The notes under the pieces are model-generated. The model was not told the DNA's origin. It made no database searches and was given only the letters and a program-made list of their open reading frames with translations. From contig CAWBKP010000022.1 of NCBI GenBank assembly GCA_963789395.1, positions 32,001 through 96,000 of the forward strand: a stretch of DNA of 64,000 nucleotides, in the 5' to 3' direction. Shown here in pieces: positions 50,899-61,895 of the stretch (position 1 is its first letter; each line of letters starts with the position of its first letter). This DNA comes from an uncultured delta proteobacterium. GTDB taxonomy: Bacteria; Desulfobacterota; Desulfobacteria; Desulfobacterales; Desulfatirhabdiaceae. The translations under genes were made by a program, and so were the position numbers.

Positions 50899-51771
50899 AT
50901 GACATTCAACATGCTTAAAACATCCGATAAAATATTCTTTGCCAGACTGTTGTCTGCCGGCGTCAAGGCGATTCGAACCTTACTCGGCAAAACCGATCCG
51001 GCAACGGTGAAACGCGGTGGCATCCGGTGGAGCCTTGACTTGAATGAGGGAATCGATTTGTCGATATACCTGATGGGTGGTTTTGAACCCAGAACCCTCA
51101 GGCTGTACCGGAAAATAATCAAACCCGGCCAGACGGTGCTGGATATCGGCGCCAATGTCGGCTCCCATACCTTGCCGCTTGCCAGGCTTGTGGGAAACAG
51201 CGGAAGGGTTGCGGCCTTCGAGCCGACAGCCTTTGCCTACGGCAAGCTTATCGCCAATATCGATTTAAACCCTGAGCTGGCACAGATCATTATACCAAGC
51301 CAGGCGATGCTGGTCGCGGGCAGCCAGGCCGGACTGGAGCCTGCATTGTTTTCGAGCTGGCCGCTTGATAACAGCAGCGATCTGCATGCTGAACACAAGG
51401 GGCGATTGATGGAAACTACCGGGGCATCGGCTATGACGCTTGACGATGCGGTCGAGCGCCTGGGGCTTTCCAGAATCGATTTTCTCAAGATCGATGTGGA
51501 TGGGTATGAATATGAAGTGCTGAAAGGGGGATTGCAAACTTTGAAAATTCACAGGCCGTCCATCATGATGGAATTTGCACCCTACTTGTTCAAGTTAGAG
51601 GAGTTTTGCGACATGGTGGATATATTGACGGGACTCGGGTATCGATTCCAGGACGCCAATTCATTGCGGCGGCTGCCCGGGAATGCATACGCCCTTCACG
51701 CGTTGATTCCCGGCGGATCATCCAGGAATATTTATTGTTCGTGCAATGGCGGCGATGTGGTGCCAGAGTGA
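50899..51771 (+). CDS. FkbM family methyltransferase
   Basis: DIGANVG, AFEP, TLDD, KIDVDGYE. Confidence 0.9.
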   Translation: MTFNMLKTSDKIFFARLLSAGVKAIRTLLGKTDPATVKRGGIRWSLDLNEGIDLSIYLMGGFEPRTLRLYRKIIKPGQTVLDIGANVGSHTLPLARLVGNSGRVAAFEPTAFAYGKLIANIDLNPELAQIIIPSQAMLVAGSQAGLEPALFSSWPLDNSSDLHAEHKGRLMETTGASAMTLDDAVERLGLSRIDFLKIDVDGYEYEVLKGGLQTLKIHRPSIMMEFAPYLFKLEEFCDMVDILTGLGYRFQDANSLRRLPGNAYALHALIPGGSSRNIYCSCNGGDVVPE

Positions 51772-51825
51772 GATCTGCCGGTAATAAATGATTGTGAGAA
51801 AGATGCCGCGTCACCGGATAAGTTC

Positions 51826-53190
51826 ATGACCCGAATTGATAGATATCTCTGCACGCTGATGATTTTTGGATTCGGGATGATCTATGCCTTTCTCATCCCA
51901 CCTTTTGAAGCTCCCGATGAGCCGGCGCATTTTGCAAGGGCTTACGGGATTGCCGAGGGCCAGTTTGTTTTAAAGGATCACCCGCGTCAATTGGTGCAGT
52001 ATATTGTCGATGAAATGCAACAGCGATATCCCGGACAGGATATTCCGATACTATCGTCGATTCGGCAGCTTTTGAAACAACATCAAGACCGGATTCCGAA
52101 TATCGCCTACAATTCATCGCAGTATTCACCGGTGTCATATGTGTTTCATGCGGCTGTGCTGAAGATTTTGATGCTGTGTTCAACACCGTTGGACATTCGG
52201 CTTTCTTTATATGCCGCCAGAATGGTATCGATTCTGCTTTATTCCGGCCTGATGTATGTCATTTTAGGAGTATCCCGAAAGATGGCCTGGCCTTTTTTCT
52301 GGATCGCCGTGACCCCCATGGCATTATCACAGGCCGGCATCGTCACCCCGGACGGCGTCGTTTTCTGTGCGGCGGCCATCGTGCTGCTGGTTTCAATTCA
52401 TGATGTGAGCGATTTGTGTTATGCAACATGGATGACGGCGGCTGTTTTTTTATTGATATCGATAAAACCCCCGTATGCTCCCCTGCTGCTGGTCTCCTTG
52501 GTCTCACTGTTCCGGGATCACCGGATTGCTGTGCCCAAACTCATTTGGCTGGTGGTTGCAGTGGTTATCTCCGCTGTTTCAATGCTTTCCTGGGCCTATT
52601 TTGTAAAAACCTGCGGGATACATGAGCTGATGATGAATGCTATTCTGAAATACAACTCACCGGCAATTGATCCACAACGCCAATTCGCGCTGCTGTTGCA
52701 ATCCCCTTTGAATTTCTGCCGCGTTGTTTACAATACCCTGTCGTTGCAAGGCGGTACGATGTTTCACGAATTCGTGGGGGTGCTGGGATGGCAGAATACG
52801 CCTGTCCCCGGATGGGTTGTCATGATATGGTGCTTTGCGGCCCTGTTCGCCCTGTACATCTCCGACAGGCCCGATTATATTTCATATGCGGTTTCTCTCG
52901 GATGGGGAATTACTTCAGGTATTGCCGCAATACTGGCTTTTTTGTGCGTTTCCATCGCTGTTTACTTGGTATGGATGCCGGTTGAAGCCCCTTTGGTATA
53001 TCTTCAGGGACGGTATTTTCACCCCATTGCCGCGGCATTATGCGTTGCGGTGATATTGATCAAGCCGGTTACGACGATGAGCGGACCCAAAAGACTGACG
53101 CCAATGATCGTTCTGTTTTTTTTTACCGTAATCCATACGGCAACCTATTACATTCTGCTGAAGAAATATTATTATGCAACGATCCTCTGA
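51826..53190 (+). CDS. DUF2142-like GT-C membrane protein
   Basis: PPFEAPDEPAHFARAY, KPPY, GVLGW, QGRYF. Confidence 0.8.
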   Translation: MTRIDRYLCTLMIFGFGMIYAFLIPPFEAPDEPAHFARAYGIAEGQFVLKDHPRQLVQYIVDEMQQRYPGQDIPILSSIRQLLKQHQDRIPNIAYNSSQYSPVSYVFHAAVLKILMLCSTPLDIRLSLYAARMVSILLYSGLMYVILGVSRKMAWPFFWIAVTPMALSQAGIVTPDGVVFCAAAIVLLVSIHDVSDLCYATWMTAAVFLLISIKPPYAPLLLVSLVSLFRDHRIAVPKLIWLVVAVVISAVSMLSWAYFVKTCGIHELMMNAILKYNSPAIDPQRQFALLLQSPLNFCRVVYNTLSLQGGTMFHEFVGVLGWQNTPVPGWVVMIWCFAALFALYISDRPDYISYAVSLGWGITSGIAAILAFLCVSIAVYLVWMPVEAPLVYLQGRYFHPIAAALCVAVILIKPVTTMSGPKRLTPMIVLFFFTVIHTATYYILLKKYYYATIL

Positions 53191-54679
53191 CAAAATAAGA
53201 CAACATTTTGATGCGCTGGCCCCTGATAAACATCTGTGGCGGGAGAAAAATTCATATTATTATGAGACACAATTGTCCGTTTTTCAGTTTCTGGTCCCGC
53301 CCGGAAAGAAAATCCTTGAGCTGGGCTGCGGTACCGGTGACCTGCTCGCTGCCTTGAAACCGGCGTATGGGGTGGGGGTTGATCTGAGCGCGCGGATGAT
53401 TGCACTGGCAAGTGCAAACTATCCCTCTTTTCATTTTCTGGAAGGAGATGCCGAAGACCCGCTCACCTGGGGGATAAAAGATAAATTTGATTTTATTATC
53501 ATGGCGGATGTTGTCGGCTATTTTCAGGATATCCAGACAGCCCTTGATAGACTGCATGAATTTTGTGATCCATCAACCCGGTTGATCATATCCTATTATA
53601 ACCACATGTGGGAGCCGGTCCTGAAGATGGCGGAGCGGTTCAAACTGAAAACACCCACAGGCATTGGAAACTGGTTGTCTCCGGAGGATCTGGAAAATCT
53701 TCTCTTTTTGTCGGACTTTGAAACCATCAAAAAAGAGAGAAGACTACTGATGCCCAAGAAAATACCGGTGATTTATCCCCTGATCGAGTTTATCGGATGC
53801 CTTCCGGTAGTCAACCGGATGTGCATCACCAATTACCTGGTCGCCAAGCCCAAAATTAAACCAACCCCTGTTTTGCCAAAAAGCGTTTCAGTGGTGATCC
53901 CCTGTAAGAATGAAAAGGGAAATATTGAGGCGGCCGTGACCAGAATGCCGTCAATCGGGCTTCATACCGAAATCATTTTTGTGGTGGGAGAGTCCGTGGA
54001 TGGCACCCATGAAGAAATTTGCAGGGTCATCGACAACTTCCCGGAAAAAAGCATCAGATGCCTGGTACAGGATGGAACAGGCAAGGGAGATGCGGTTCGA
54101 AAGGGATTTCAAGAAGCCAGCGGGGAAGTGGTCATGATTCTGGATGCCGACCTGACGGTTTCCCCGGAAGACCTGCCCAAGTTTTACGATGCGGTTGTTT
54201 TGGATAAAGGAGATATGATTAATGGGTGTCGCCTTGTTTATACCATGGAAAATGAAGCCATGCGCTTTTTGAATATGTTGGGGAACAAATTCTTCAGTCT
54301 GTTTTTCTCCTGGTTGTTAAATCAGCGGATAAAGGATACGTTGTGCGGTACAAAAGTGCTGCTGCGCAAGAATTACGAATTGATAGCGGCGAATCGGGAT
54401 TATTTCGGGCAAATCGATCCATTCGGTGATTTTGATCTTTTGTTCGGTGCATCCAGGCAAAATCTTAAGATCATTGAAATTCCCATCCGGTATGGTGCCA
54501 GAATCTATGGAGAGACCCAGATCCGTCGATTCTATCATGGATTTATCCTGTTAAAAATGTGTTTCGGGGCGATTGGGAAGATGAAGATGTTTAATTTTGC
54601 CGCAATTTCAAAATCACCCGTGATGTCCAAAATAAAAGCGTTCATAGGATCGATCCGTAATCATCGCGGTTCCAGGTGA
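53174..54679 (+). CDS. Methyltransferase-GT2 (DPM1-like) fusion
   Basis: N-terminal LELGCGTG. C-terminal VIPCKNE, GKGDAV, LDADL, DTLCGTK and DPFGDFDLLFGA. Confidence 0.88.
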   Translation: MQRSSDKIRQHFDALAPDKHLWREKNSYYYETQLSVFQFLVPPGKKILELGCGTGDLLAALKPAYGVGVDLSARMIALASANYPSFHFLEGDAEDPLTWGIKDKFDFIIMADVVGYFQDIQTALDRLHEFCDPSTRLIISYYNHMWEPVLKMAERFKLKTPTGIGNWLSPEDLENLLFLSDFETIKKERRLLMPKKIPVIYPLIEFIGCLPVVNRMCITNYLVAKPKIKPTPVLPKSVSVVIPCKNEKGNIEAAVTRMPSIGLHTEIIFVVGESVDGTHEEICRVIDNFPEKSIRCLVQDGTGKGDAVRKGFQEASGEVVMILDADLTVSPEDLPKFYDAVVLDKGDMINGCRLVYTMENEAMRFLNMLGNKFFSLFFSWLLNQRIKDTLCGTKVLLRKNYELIAANRDYFGQIDPFGDFDLLFGASRQNLKIIEIPIRYGARIYGETQIRRFYHGFILLKMCFGAIGKMKMFNFAAISKSPVMSKIKAFIGSIRNHRGSR

Positions 54680-54744
54680 AGCAAAAGTAATATGTTGAAG
54701 TAATTAACTATCTCTTAATAAAGCATTCAACGGCCCCTGATAGA

Positions 54745-55851
54745 ATGAAAACACTTGCCGTCATCATAAATTATCGTTCGGCGCATCTGACCAAGAAGGC
54801 CGTGACCTCCATTCTGGCGTCCGATCATGTTGGATCGCTTCAAATCGTCGTGGTGGACAATAGCTGTGATGAATCAGAGGCAAGCTGTTTGCGAGAGATT
54901 CTTCCCCCGGAAGTCACGCTTTGGGTGAACCCTGAAAACATGGGTTTCGGACGGGCCTGCAACCAGGCATTCGAAGCATATGACAGCGATTATTTGCTGC
55001 TGTTGAATCCGGATGCCATACTGCTGCCCGGATGCCTGCTGCATCTGCAGCAGGCACTGGTTCGATACGACGGTGTTGGAGCCGTCGGTCCTCAGGTTTT
55101 CTGGGATGACGATCTTGAATACTATCTTCCGCCGTCTTATCCGGATCTCTTTTTGTGGATTCATCCCCTGTTTTCCAGTTTGAAAAGTCGGTTGCCATAC
55201 GTATGCTGGCGATTTTTTTCGTTGAGGGTATGGAAAGCCAGACGTTCCGTAAGGGTATTGAATTTGTCCGGCGGGAATGTACTGATTCGCCGACAGGCGG
55301 CAATTGACGCCGGAGGGTTGTTTGATCCAGCATTCTTTTTATATTATGAAGATACGGACCTGTTTGTCCGGATCCGGCAGGCGGGATATTCCCTCCGGGT
55401 GATACCCGGGGCAAAGGCGATTCACTATTATGACCAATGCGACCAGAAGAACTGGAAAGGCAAACGGCAACAGATGGTCGATTCCCATCACATTTATATC
55501 CGAAAACACTGCAAGGGATGGAAAAAAATCCTATCTCATCTGATACGCCGGATGACCGACAAAATAAACGGCGGGCCACTGCCGGAAGCGGTGCACTGCT
55601 ATCGCGCCCCGTTCTCTTTGAAAATTCCAACCCATCTCTGCAAAGGCTGGCTTTTCGAATGGAGCCCGAATTCAGATTTCATTCCTTCAATCGGGAAATT
55701 CGGAACAGGGCCGGAGATGGTATTTTCAAATAAAGTGTGGCAAATGCTTGCCCCTGGCAAATATTATGGCAGGATCGGTGATCGTGGCGGGATGGATAGT
55801 TGTTTTCATAATATTACATGGGTAATCGATGAATCAGAAAATGGAAAATGA
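54745..55851 (+). CDS. GT2 glycosyltransferase (WbbL/RfbC-like)
   Basis: VVDNS, NMGFGRACN, LLNPDA, FFLYYEDTDL. Confidence 0.88.
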   Translation: MKTLAVIINYRSAHLTKKAVTSILASDHVGSLQIVVVDNSCDESEASCLREILPPEVTLWVNPENMGFGRACNQAFEAYDSDYLLLLNPDAILLPGCLLHLQQALVRYDGVGAVGPQVFWDDDLEYYLPPSYPDLFLWIHPLFSSLKSRLPYVCWRFFSLRVWKARRSVRVLNLSGGNVLIRRQAAIDAGGLFDPAFFLYYEDTDLFVRIRQAGYSLRVIPGAKAIHYYDQCDQKNWKGKRQQMVDSHHIYIRKHCKGWKKILSHLIRRMTDKINGGPLPEAVHCYRAPFSLKIPTHLCKGWLFEWSPNSDFIPSIGKFGTGPEMVFSNKVWQMLAPGKYYGRIGDRGGMDSCFHNITWVIDESENGK

Positions 55852-57664
55852 GAATACTGAGGGTATGAGGATTTGCGACCGGCAATTGGTTGAATTTGGG
55901 GCAAAACTGCCCGAACCGTTTAATTTCAGCCAATCGGTGTTTAAAGAAGGTCACGTGCATTTCGGGTTTTGGCCGGACAATTTGTCCGGCCTGTCTCTGG
56001 AAGAAGCCCAGGAAAAGATGTTCAACCTTCTGCTGTCATATTTTCCGGAGCCGCCGGCCAAGGTCCTGGATGTGGGTTGCGGACTTGGGGTTTCAGCCGC
56101 CATTCTGGCTGAAAAAGGGTATCGGGTAACGGCAATCGCGCCTTCGGAAGAACTGATAAGCTATGCCAAAAAAAAATACGGCTCAGAAAAAGTCGATTAT
56201 CAGAATGCCGGATTTCTGGATGAATCCGAGCAGGGATTTGCCGCGGATATTTATGATGTCATATTCTTTCAGGAATCCCTGCAGACCCTGCAGCCCGTTG
56301 GAAACGTGTTCCAAAAGGCCAGGCGCCGGCTTGCTCCAAAAGGAAAAATCGTTTTTGGAGACGAGGTCTGCCTGGATCGTTCGATTCAAAACCAGACCGC
56401 CGCACACCATCGGAGTGATATCATCACCGCGCTGAGTGAAAGCGGGTTTCGCATATCTTCCCAACAATCGGTTCGGGAAAATGTGCTTCAAACCTGTAAT
56501 GAGGTGATCAATCGATTTGCAACCCATTTTGATCATGTGGTCCGGCAAGTCGATTCACCGGACACTGCGGATCGGCTTCAGCTCTATCTGAATGGGTGGA
56601 AATCCCGGCTTCAGTGGTACACCCGGAGTCAGATGGGTTATGAAATCTTTTCGGTTCAAAAAACGGATGTTTTTGTTCGAGCCTATGGCAAAGGGGATGA
56701 GCAGGCTATTTTGCCGTTATTTCGTCAGGTATTTCACAATCCCCGAACAACAGCCCACTGGAACTGGAAGTACAGGGATAACCCTTACGGCAATTTTCGG
56801 ATTGCGACAGCTTTTACCGAAAATGGCGATCTGGCAGCCCATTTTTCAGGTTATCCCGTTCCCTTCTATTTCGGTGATATGAAAGATAAAGTTTTTATCG
56901 CATATCAGGGCGGCGATACCATGACCAATCCGGAATTCAGAAGCTCGGGACTCGGTAAAACCAGTGTTTTAGGGCGGACCGCAGCCTATTTTTACAGCAA
57001 ATTCTGCGACGGGGTTGTTCCCTTCTTTTATGGATTCAATACCGGAAACATTCGAAAATTCGGCGAGCGGTTTCTTCGATTCGAATATATTCAGCCGATT
57101 CCCTACCATGTCATGGAAGTCGGCCAGGGCTTGCCGGTACCAGCGGGAAGGTTCGTCCGCATGATAAAAGGGTTGTCGGCTGATCGGGTTTTTACCGCCG
57201 GCATCGAATTTGACCGTTTTTTTGATAACGTATGCAATGCCTACGCAATTTTAGTCAAACGGGATGCCGCCTATATCAAATGGCGGTATCTGGATTGTCC
57301 GGATAACCTGCATCATGTTTTTGCGGTCAGGCGCAGGGGAAAACTTACCGGATGGGGCATTTTCTCAATCCGCGGGAATACACTGATTTGGGGGGATGCA
57401 CTGTGTGATCCCCTTTATGCCCGGGACATGAATTTTTTATTGTGTCACGTTATTGAGAAAATGGGTGTCCCTGTGACCCAAATTGCCGGATGGTTTTCGC
57501 CAACCCCCGAATGGTGGAACGCCGAATTGACAAAAATGGGATTTTTCGTTCAAAACGAGCCGAATAATTTATCTCCGTGCGTCATTTTATTTGATCCGGA
57601 TTTTTCACGCGATCTTTTTGAAAAGAAATTCTATTATACGATGGGGGATAGCGATCTGTTCTGA
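55829..57664 (+). CDS. Methyltransferase-GNAT acyltransferase fusion
   Basis: HFGFW...AQ and VLDVGCGLG, then WNWKYRDNPYG, GDTMTNPEFR and YGFN (GNAT), with a second GNAT-like YIKWRY region. Confidence 0.78.
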   Translation: MNQKMENENTEGMRICDRQLVEFGAKLPEPFNFSQSVFKEGHVHFGFWPDNLSGLSLEEAQEKMFNLLLSYFPEPPAKVLDVGCGLGVSAAILAEKGYRVTAIAPSEELISYAKKKYGSEKVDYQNAGFLDESEQGFAADIYDVIFFQESLQTLQPVGNVFQKARRRLAPKGKIVFGDEVCLDRSIQNQTAAHHRSDIITALSESGFRISSQQSVRENVLQTCNEVINRFATHFDHVVRQVDSPDTADRLQLYLNGWKSRLQWYTRSQMGYEIFSVQKTDVFVRAYGKGDEQAILPLFRQVFHNPRTTAHWNWKYRDNPYGNFRIATAFTENGDLAAHFSGYPVPFYFGDMKDKVFIAYQGGDTMTNPEFRSSGLGKTSVLGRTAAYFYSKFCDGVVPFFYGFNTGNIRKFGERFLRFEYIQPIPYHVMEVGQGLPVPAGRFVRMIKGLSADRVFTAGIEFDRFFDNVCNAYAILVKRDAAYIKWRYLDCPDNLHHVFAVRRRGKLTGWGIFSIRGNTLIWGDALCDPLYARDMNFLLCHVIEKMGVPVTQIAGWFSPTPEWWNAELTKMGFFVQNEPNNLSPCVILFDPDFSRDLFEKKFYYTMGDSDLF

Positions 57665-57671
57665 TTTTTCC

Positions 57672-59395
57672 ATGAAAATCCTTCCAAATCGCGAACGCAT
57701 GCCAATATGCTCAAAAATACATAAGGCACTAAAGTCTGTTCCGCCGGGAAAGCATTGCCTTTGGTTGCTGATATGTGCGGCATCTTTGGGATTATCGGTG
57801 TTGCTACAGTGGAACGGTCAAATCCAGGCAATCGGCGGCGATCATGACAGTCTGAAATATCTCGGAATGACCGAAACCCTGCTCAATGGCAAATGGATGG
57901 GTGACTATAATCAGATGACATTGATTCGTCTGCCGATTTATCCCCTGTTTCTGGCCCTGAACAGTTCGATGGATTGGCCGCTTCAACGTTCACAGATGCT
58001 GCTGTATCTGGCAAGTATCGGTTTCCTGATGGCGGCGTTACGTTCCGTGGATGTAGCCCGTTGGCGCATTGCAGCCATCTGTGTTCTGTGCGCCTTTCAT
58101 CCCGCGGGAATTTTTCCCTCCATGTATCTGGCAACTGAAGCCATGTACACTTCTGTTGCAACAATTGTGCTGGCCGGCTGTATCGGCGTCATGGGGTCAA
58201 TCAACAAAAAAAAGCCCCGTGCTTATTTCTGGGGGATTCTTCTCTCTGTTTCTCTTGCGCTTTTCTGGCATATCCGATCAGAGAGTCTGTGGATACTGCC
58301 ATTGGGAATAGGTTATGTTTGTTTATATCCTGTGGGAGTTCAGGCATCGCTACAGAAAAAACCGGATGGTCATATGCTTTGTAATGCTGTTTCCCTGCCT
58401 CTGTGTCTATTTGTTGACGGATTTTCTTCGAAATGAAAACAAGAAATATTATGGCGTTGGCGTATCCCATGAATTGAATGAGCCCAATTTTGTATCTGCA
58501 TTCCAGTGGCTGACCAGACTGGAGGGTGGAACGCATCCTGCCTATGTTCCGGTTTCCCGAGCTGCATTGAACCAGGCGTATGAAATCAGCGCGCATTTTG
58601 CGATGTTAAAACCCTTTTTGTCTCAGCAGACCGAAGGCCGGGGATGGGCAAAATTCGGTTGTGAGTGGATGGGGATTTGCGATGAACTGCCGGGCGGCTG
58701 GATATTATGGGCTGTGCGTGATGCGGCGGCGTCTATCGGCGTTTATCAGAGCGCGACATCAGCAAGCCGTTTTTTCGGAGAGGTGGCAAGGGAGATTAAA
58801 ACAGCCTGCAAAGAGGGCAGGGTCAGGTGCACTGCCAATCCCGACCGGGAATATGCTGGCGCCGCCTCTGGCATGGAAGGATTTGCCTCGAATATTCCGC
58901 TCCTTTGTCAAAATGACGATTCTGTCGTTCACTTTCGGAAAGCTGTCGGAGGCGATTCGGGATGCTCCGCCGTTACAACCACCGGCTGAGTTGGTGGCAA
59001 GATATGAACGCATTACCCATGACCAGTCTCCGCCGCATAAAAATTTTTCCAAGCTGTTTACCGGAGCAGCGATCCATCTGCTTCAGGTTTTTCAGATAGC
59101 GGGTGGCATCTGGATGCTGATTGCTTTGGGGAAAAAAATCCGGCAATGGTTGAACAAACCGCAAGAAACTTCGTGGGGATACGTGCACATACATTCATGG
59201 GTTACGGGTTGTCTCCTGGTGTTTATCATCAGCCGCGTTGCCATTGTTGCATACATCGATGCGATGAGTTTTTACGCACAGCTTCGATATTTACTTGTCG
59301 TTTCTCCTGCGCTGATAACCCTGATCTGCCTTTTGCTGCCTGATAACATAAATCCAGCCAGCGGCAACTTCCGGCAATTTCATAAAACGCGATGA
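57672..59395 (+). CDS. GT-C-like membrane protein (frameshifted)
   Basis: HDSLKY...G.W.G.YNQMTL...P.YPLFLA, TE and R.E motifs, many TM segments across three ORFs. Confidence 0.65.
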
Positions 59396-59408
59396 CCCGG
59401 GATTTGCT

Positions 59409-60125
59409 CTAACGATCAGACCGACATTGCAGTCGGATTTGATTGTTGCCGGATTCATACAGAGAATTACCGTAAGCAATCAGGTTGGACGGAAATCCGA
59501 GAAGCGAAACGTGCTGAAGATAAACATCCGTATGAGATGGGAAAAGAGAGTGCAGGGAATGGGGAGTATGTAAATTGAGGTTTTGGGTACGTGACCAGAA
59601 ATCCATTCGGAGTTTTTTCAGAATTGCCTGGTGCTGTGGTTGCGGCAACCAGTGTATGAGTGGTAGAAACGTATGGAATTCAACCGGGAACTGACGGTTC
59701 GGCGTTATAACAAAAAAATTCCTGGATACCCTTAACACTTCCCGGATAAAACGGCGTTGGTGGTCTATGCTTCCCACGTGTTCCAATACTGCGGAACAAA
59801 AAACAATATCGAAGGATTGGTCTTTGAATGGCAGACGGTCTTTTTCAGTTTGGATAAATGTCAGGCCGGGGTATGCTTCTTCGAGAAAAGAAGCATTTTC
59901 GATGCTGGTGGCGACGATGCGGTTTTTGTAAGGATAAAGCGATTCAAAAAAATTGGATTCCGGCAGCCGTTGGTCCGGGGTAACGCCGATATCCAGGATC
60001 AAGGCGTTTGCGTCAGGTTTCATGATATCCATGAATGACGCAAATACCTTCCGCCTGACATAAAATGAAATCCTTGAAGCCAGCATGCGAAGCGGGTGAT
60101 CCATGGAGAAATAATCGATAGCCAT
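59409..60125 (-). CDS. Class I SAM methyltransferase
   Basis: LDIGVT, LPFKDQSFDIVFCSAVLEHVG, TPNRQFPVEFHT. Confidence 0.85.
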   Translation of the reverse strand: MAIDYFSMDHPLRMLASRISFYVRRKVFASFMDIMKPDANALILDIGVTPDQRLPESNFFESLYPYKNRIVATSIENASFLEEAYPGLTFIQTEKDRLPFKDQSFDIVFCSAVLEHVGSIDHQRRFIREVLRVSRNFFVITPNRQFPVEFHTFLPLIHWLPQPQHQAILKKLRMDFWSRTQNLNLHTPHSLHSLFPSHTDVYLQHVSLLGFPSNLIAYGNSLYESGNNQIRLQCRSDR

Positions 60126-60131
60126 CGCCGC

Positions 60132-61293
60132 TTATCGTTCCAGGCCGATTATCGCAAGCGCAAACCCGTAGACCATTGTCTGTATGCCCAGGCCGATTCC
60201 TGTTACTGCCGTTATCACTGCCCGCAGGCTGCTTTGATACGACAGGGCTCCGAATCCTACCGACTTCCACGTCAATACTTCCTGAAATAAAACCCCTGCG
60301 CCGGCAAGGGCAAAGAGCAGGCCGATACAGATTCCCCATTCTACCGGTCGTCCTTTAACAACCTGGAGCCAGAAGTTTTTCCCTGGAAGAAGCCCGGAAT
60401 TAACCGCATAGGCTTTAATAAATATTCCCAGGCCGAGCACCTGAAATCCGACGACCATTGCCGTGCTGACCACCAGCAGGGAATTGAGGTCAAAGGTGAT
60501 AAAACCCACTTTGACCGGAGCGGATATTAGAATAATAAAACCGATGAGGCCGAATACTGTCAGGAAACAACCGGGGAATATAAACAGCCATAAAGGGCTG
60601 TACAGCAGCATGAACCGAAGATGGCGCCATCCGTCACGCCAGCTTCGTAAATGGGGCGGGCCGGAGCGGCCGTCTTTTCTGAGCGTGATTGGGACTTGAG
60701 TGATTCTCAGGTTTTTCAGCGATGCCTTAACGACCATTTCAGAGGCGAACTCCATTCCGTGGGTTTTCAATCCGAGAGATAACACGGATTCCCGTCGAAA
60801 CGCCCTTAATCCACAGTGAAAATCGTCAACCTGTGAGGAAAAAAATAATTTTCCCAGTGCTGATAAAATGGGGTTGCCAATCCATCGGTGTTTCCATGGC
60901 ATGGCGCCGGCTTCTATGCGTCCGCCGCATTTCGGGAATCTGCATCCGATGACAAGGTCATATCCTTCGGCCAGCTTGTTTAAAAAATTGGGAAGCTCTC
61001 TGAAATTATAACTTCCATCAGCATCTCCCATCAAAACATATTTTCCTTGAGCAGCCTAGAATTCCTCCCTGCAGGGCGTGCCCGTAACCTTTTGAGAGGA
61101 TCTGGACGATTCTGGCGCCTGCTTTCCGTGCGATGTCAACAGAGTTGTCGGTGCTGCCATTGTCTGCTACAATCACTTCACCGGGAAAGCCGGTCTCGTG
61201 AATTGCTTGAAATGCTTCCATAACGCATTCTTTGATAGTCTCTGATTCATTCAGGCAGGGGATAACAATGGAGACTTCTATCGCATCGCTCAC
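60132..61293 (-). CDS. GT2 DPM1-like glycosyltransferase with C-terminal TM domain (one frameshift)
   Basis: SIVIPCLNE, ADNGSTD, GYG, GDADGSY, DFHCGLR, GMEFASEM, DGWRHLRF. Confidence 0.9.
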
Positions 61294-61895
61294 ACAAGAA
61301 ATCCTTTAATTGATTGGAAAGGAAATTATAACAGATGATTGTTTCATGTTAACCATTAACAATTCCAGTGGATGAAATCAAGACGTTTGAATATCTTCAT
61401 TTATAACGTCCGGTAATAATGCTTATGGATACAGTCTCCTATTGAAAACATAGCCATCGTCGCAACTTATCACCCTACAGCACTCTTCTATGGATTTGTT
61501 TCCTCAATTCTCAAATTGCCTTATTTGGGTTTGGGAAATGGCCATAGTCGTTAATATTCAGAAAAAAGTTGGTAGGTTGTTGGTTCAGGGCAGATAATAT
61601 GGTATGAGAAGCAATCCTGATCGTCCGGGGATGAATATGAAACAGGATGTGGATCAAAGCTTGTTGATAGTAGCTATTTCGGAGACGTTTCCTTGAAATA
61701 TGAGGTCATACTATGAATAAAATACCGTATCTCAATGCAGGTCACGGAGAAAATAAAGCTTCATAATGGGGAAATCCGATGCTATAAACATCATAAAAAT
61801 CAGAATGTTCAGCCTTGATTTTCCAGCCGATGATTTCAGGAAAAGCCTTTACTATATAATGGGTGATAGCGATAGTTTTAAAATGGGGACAAACC

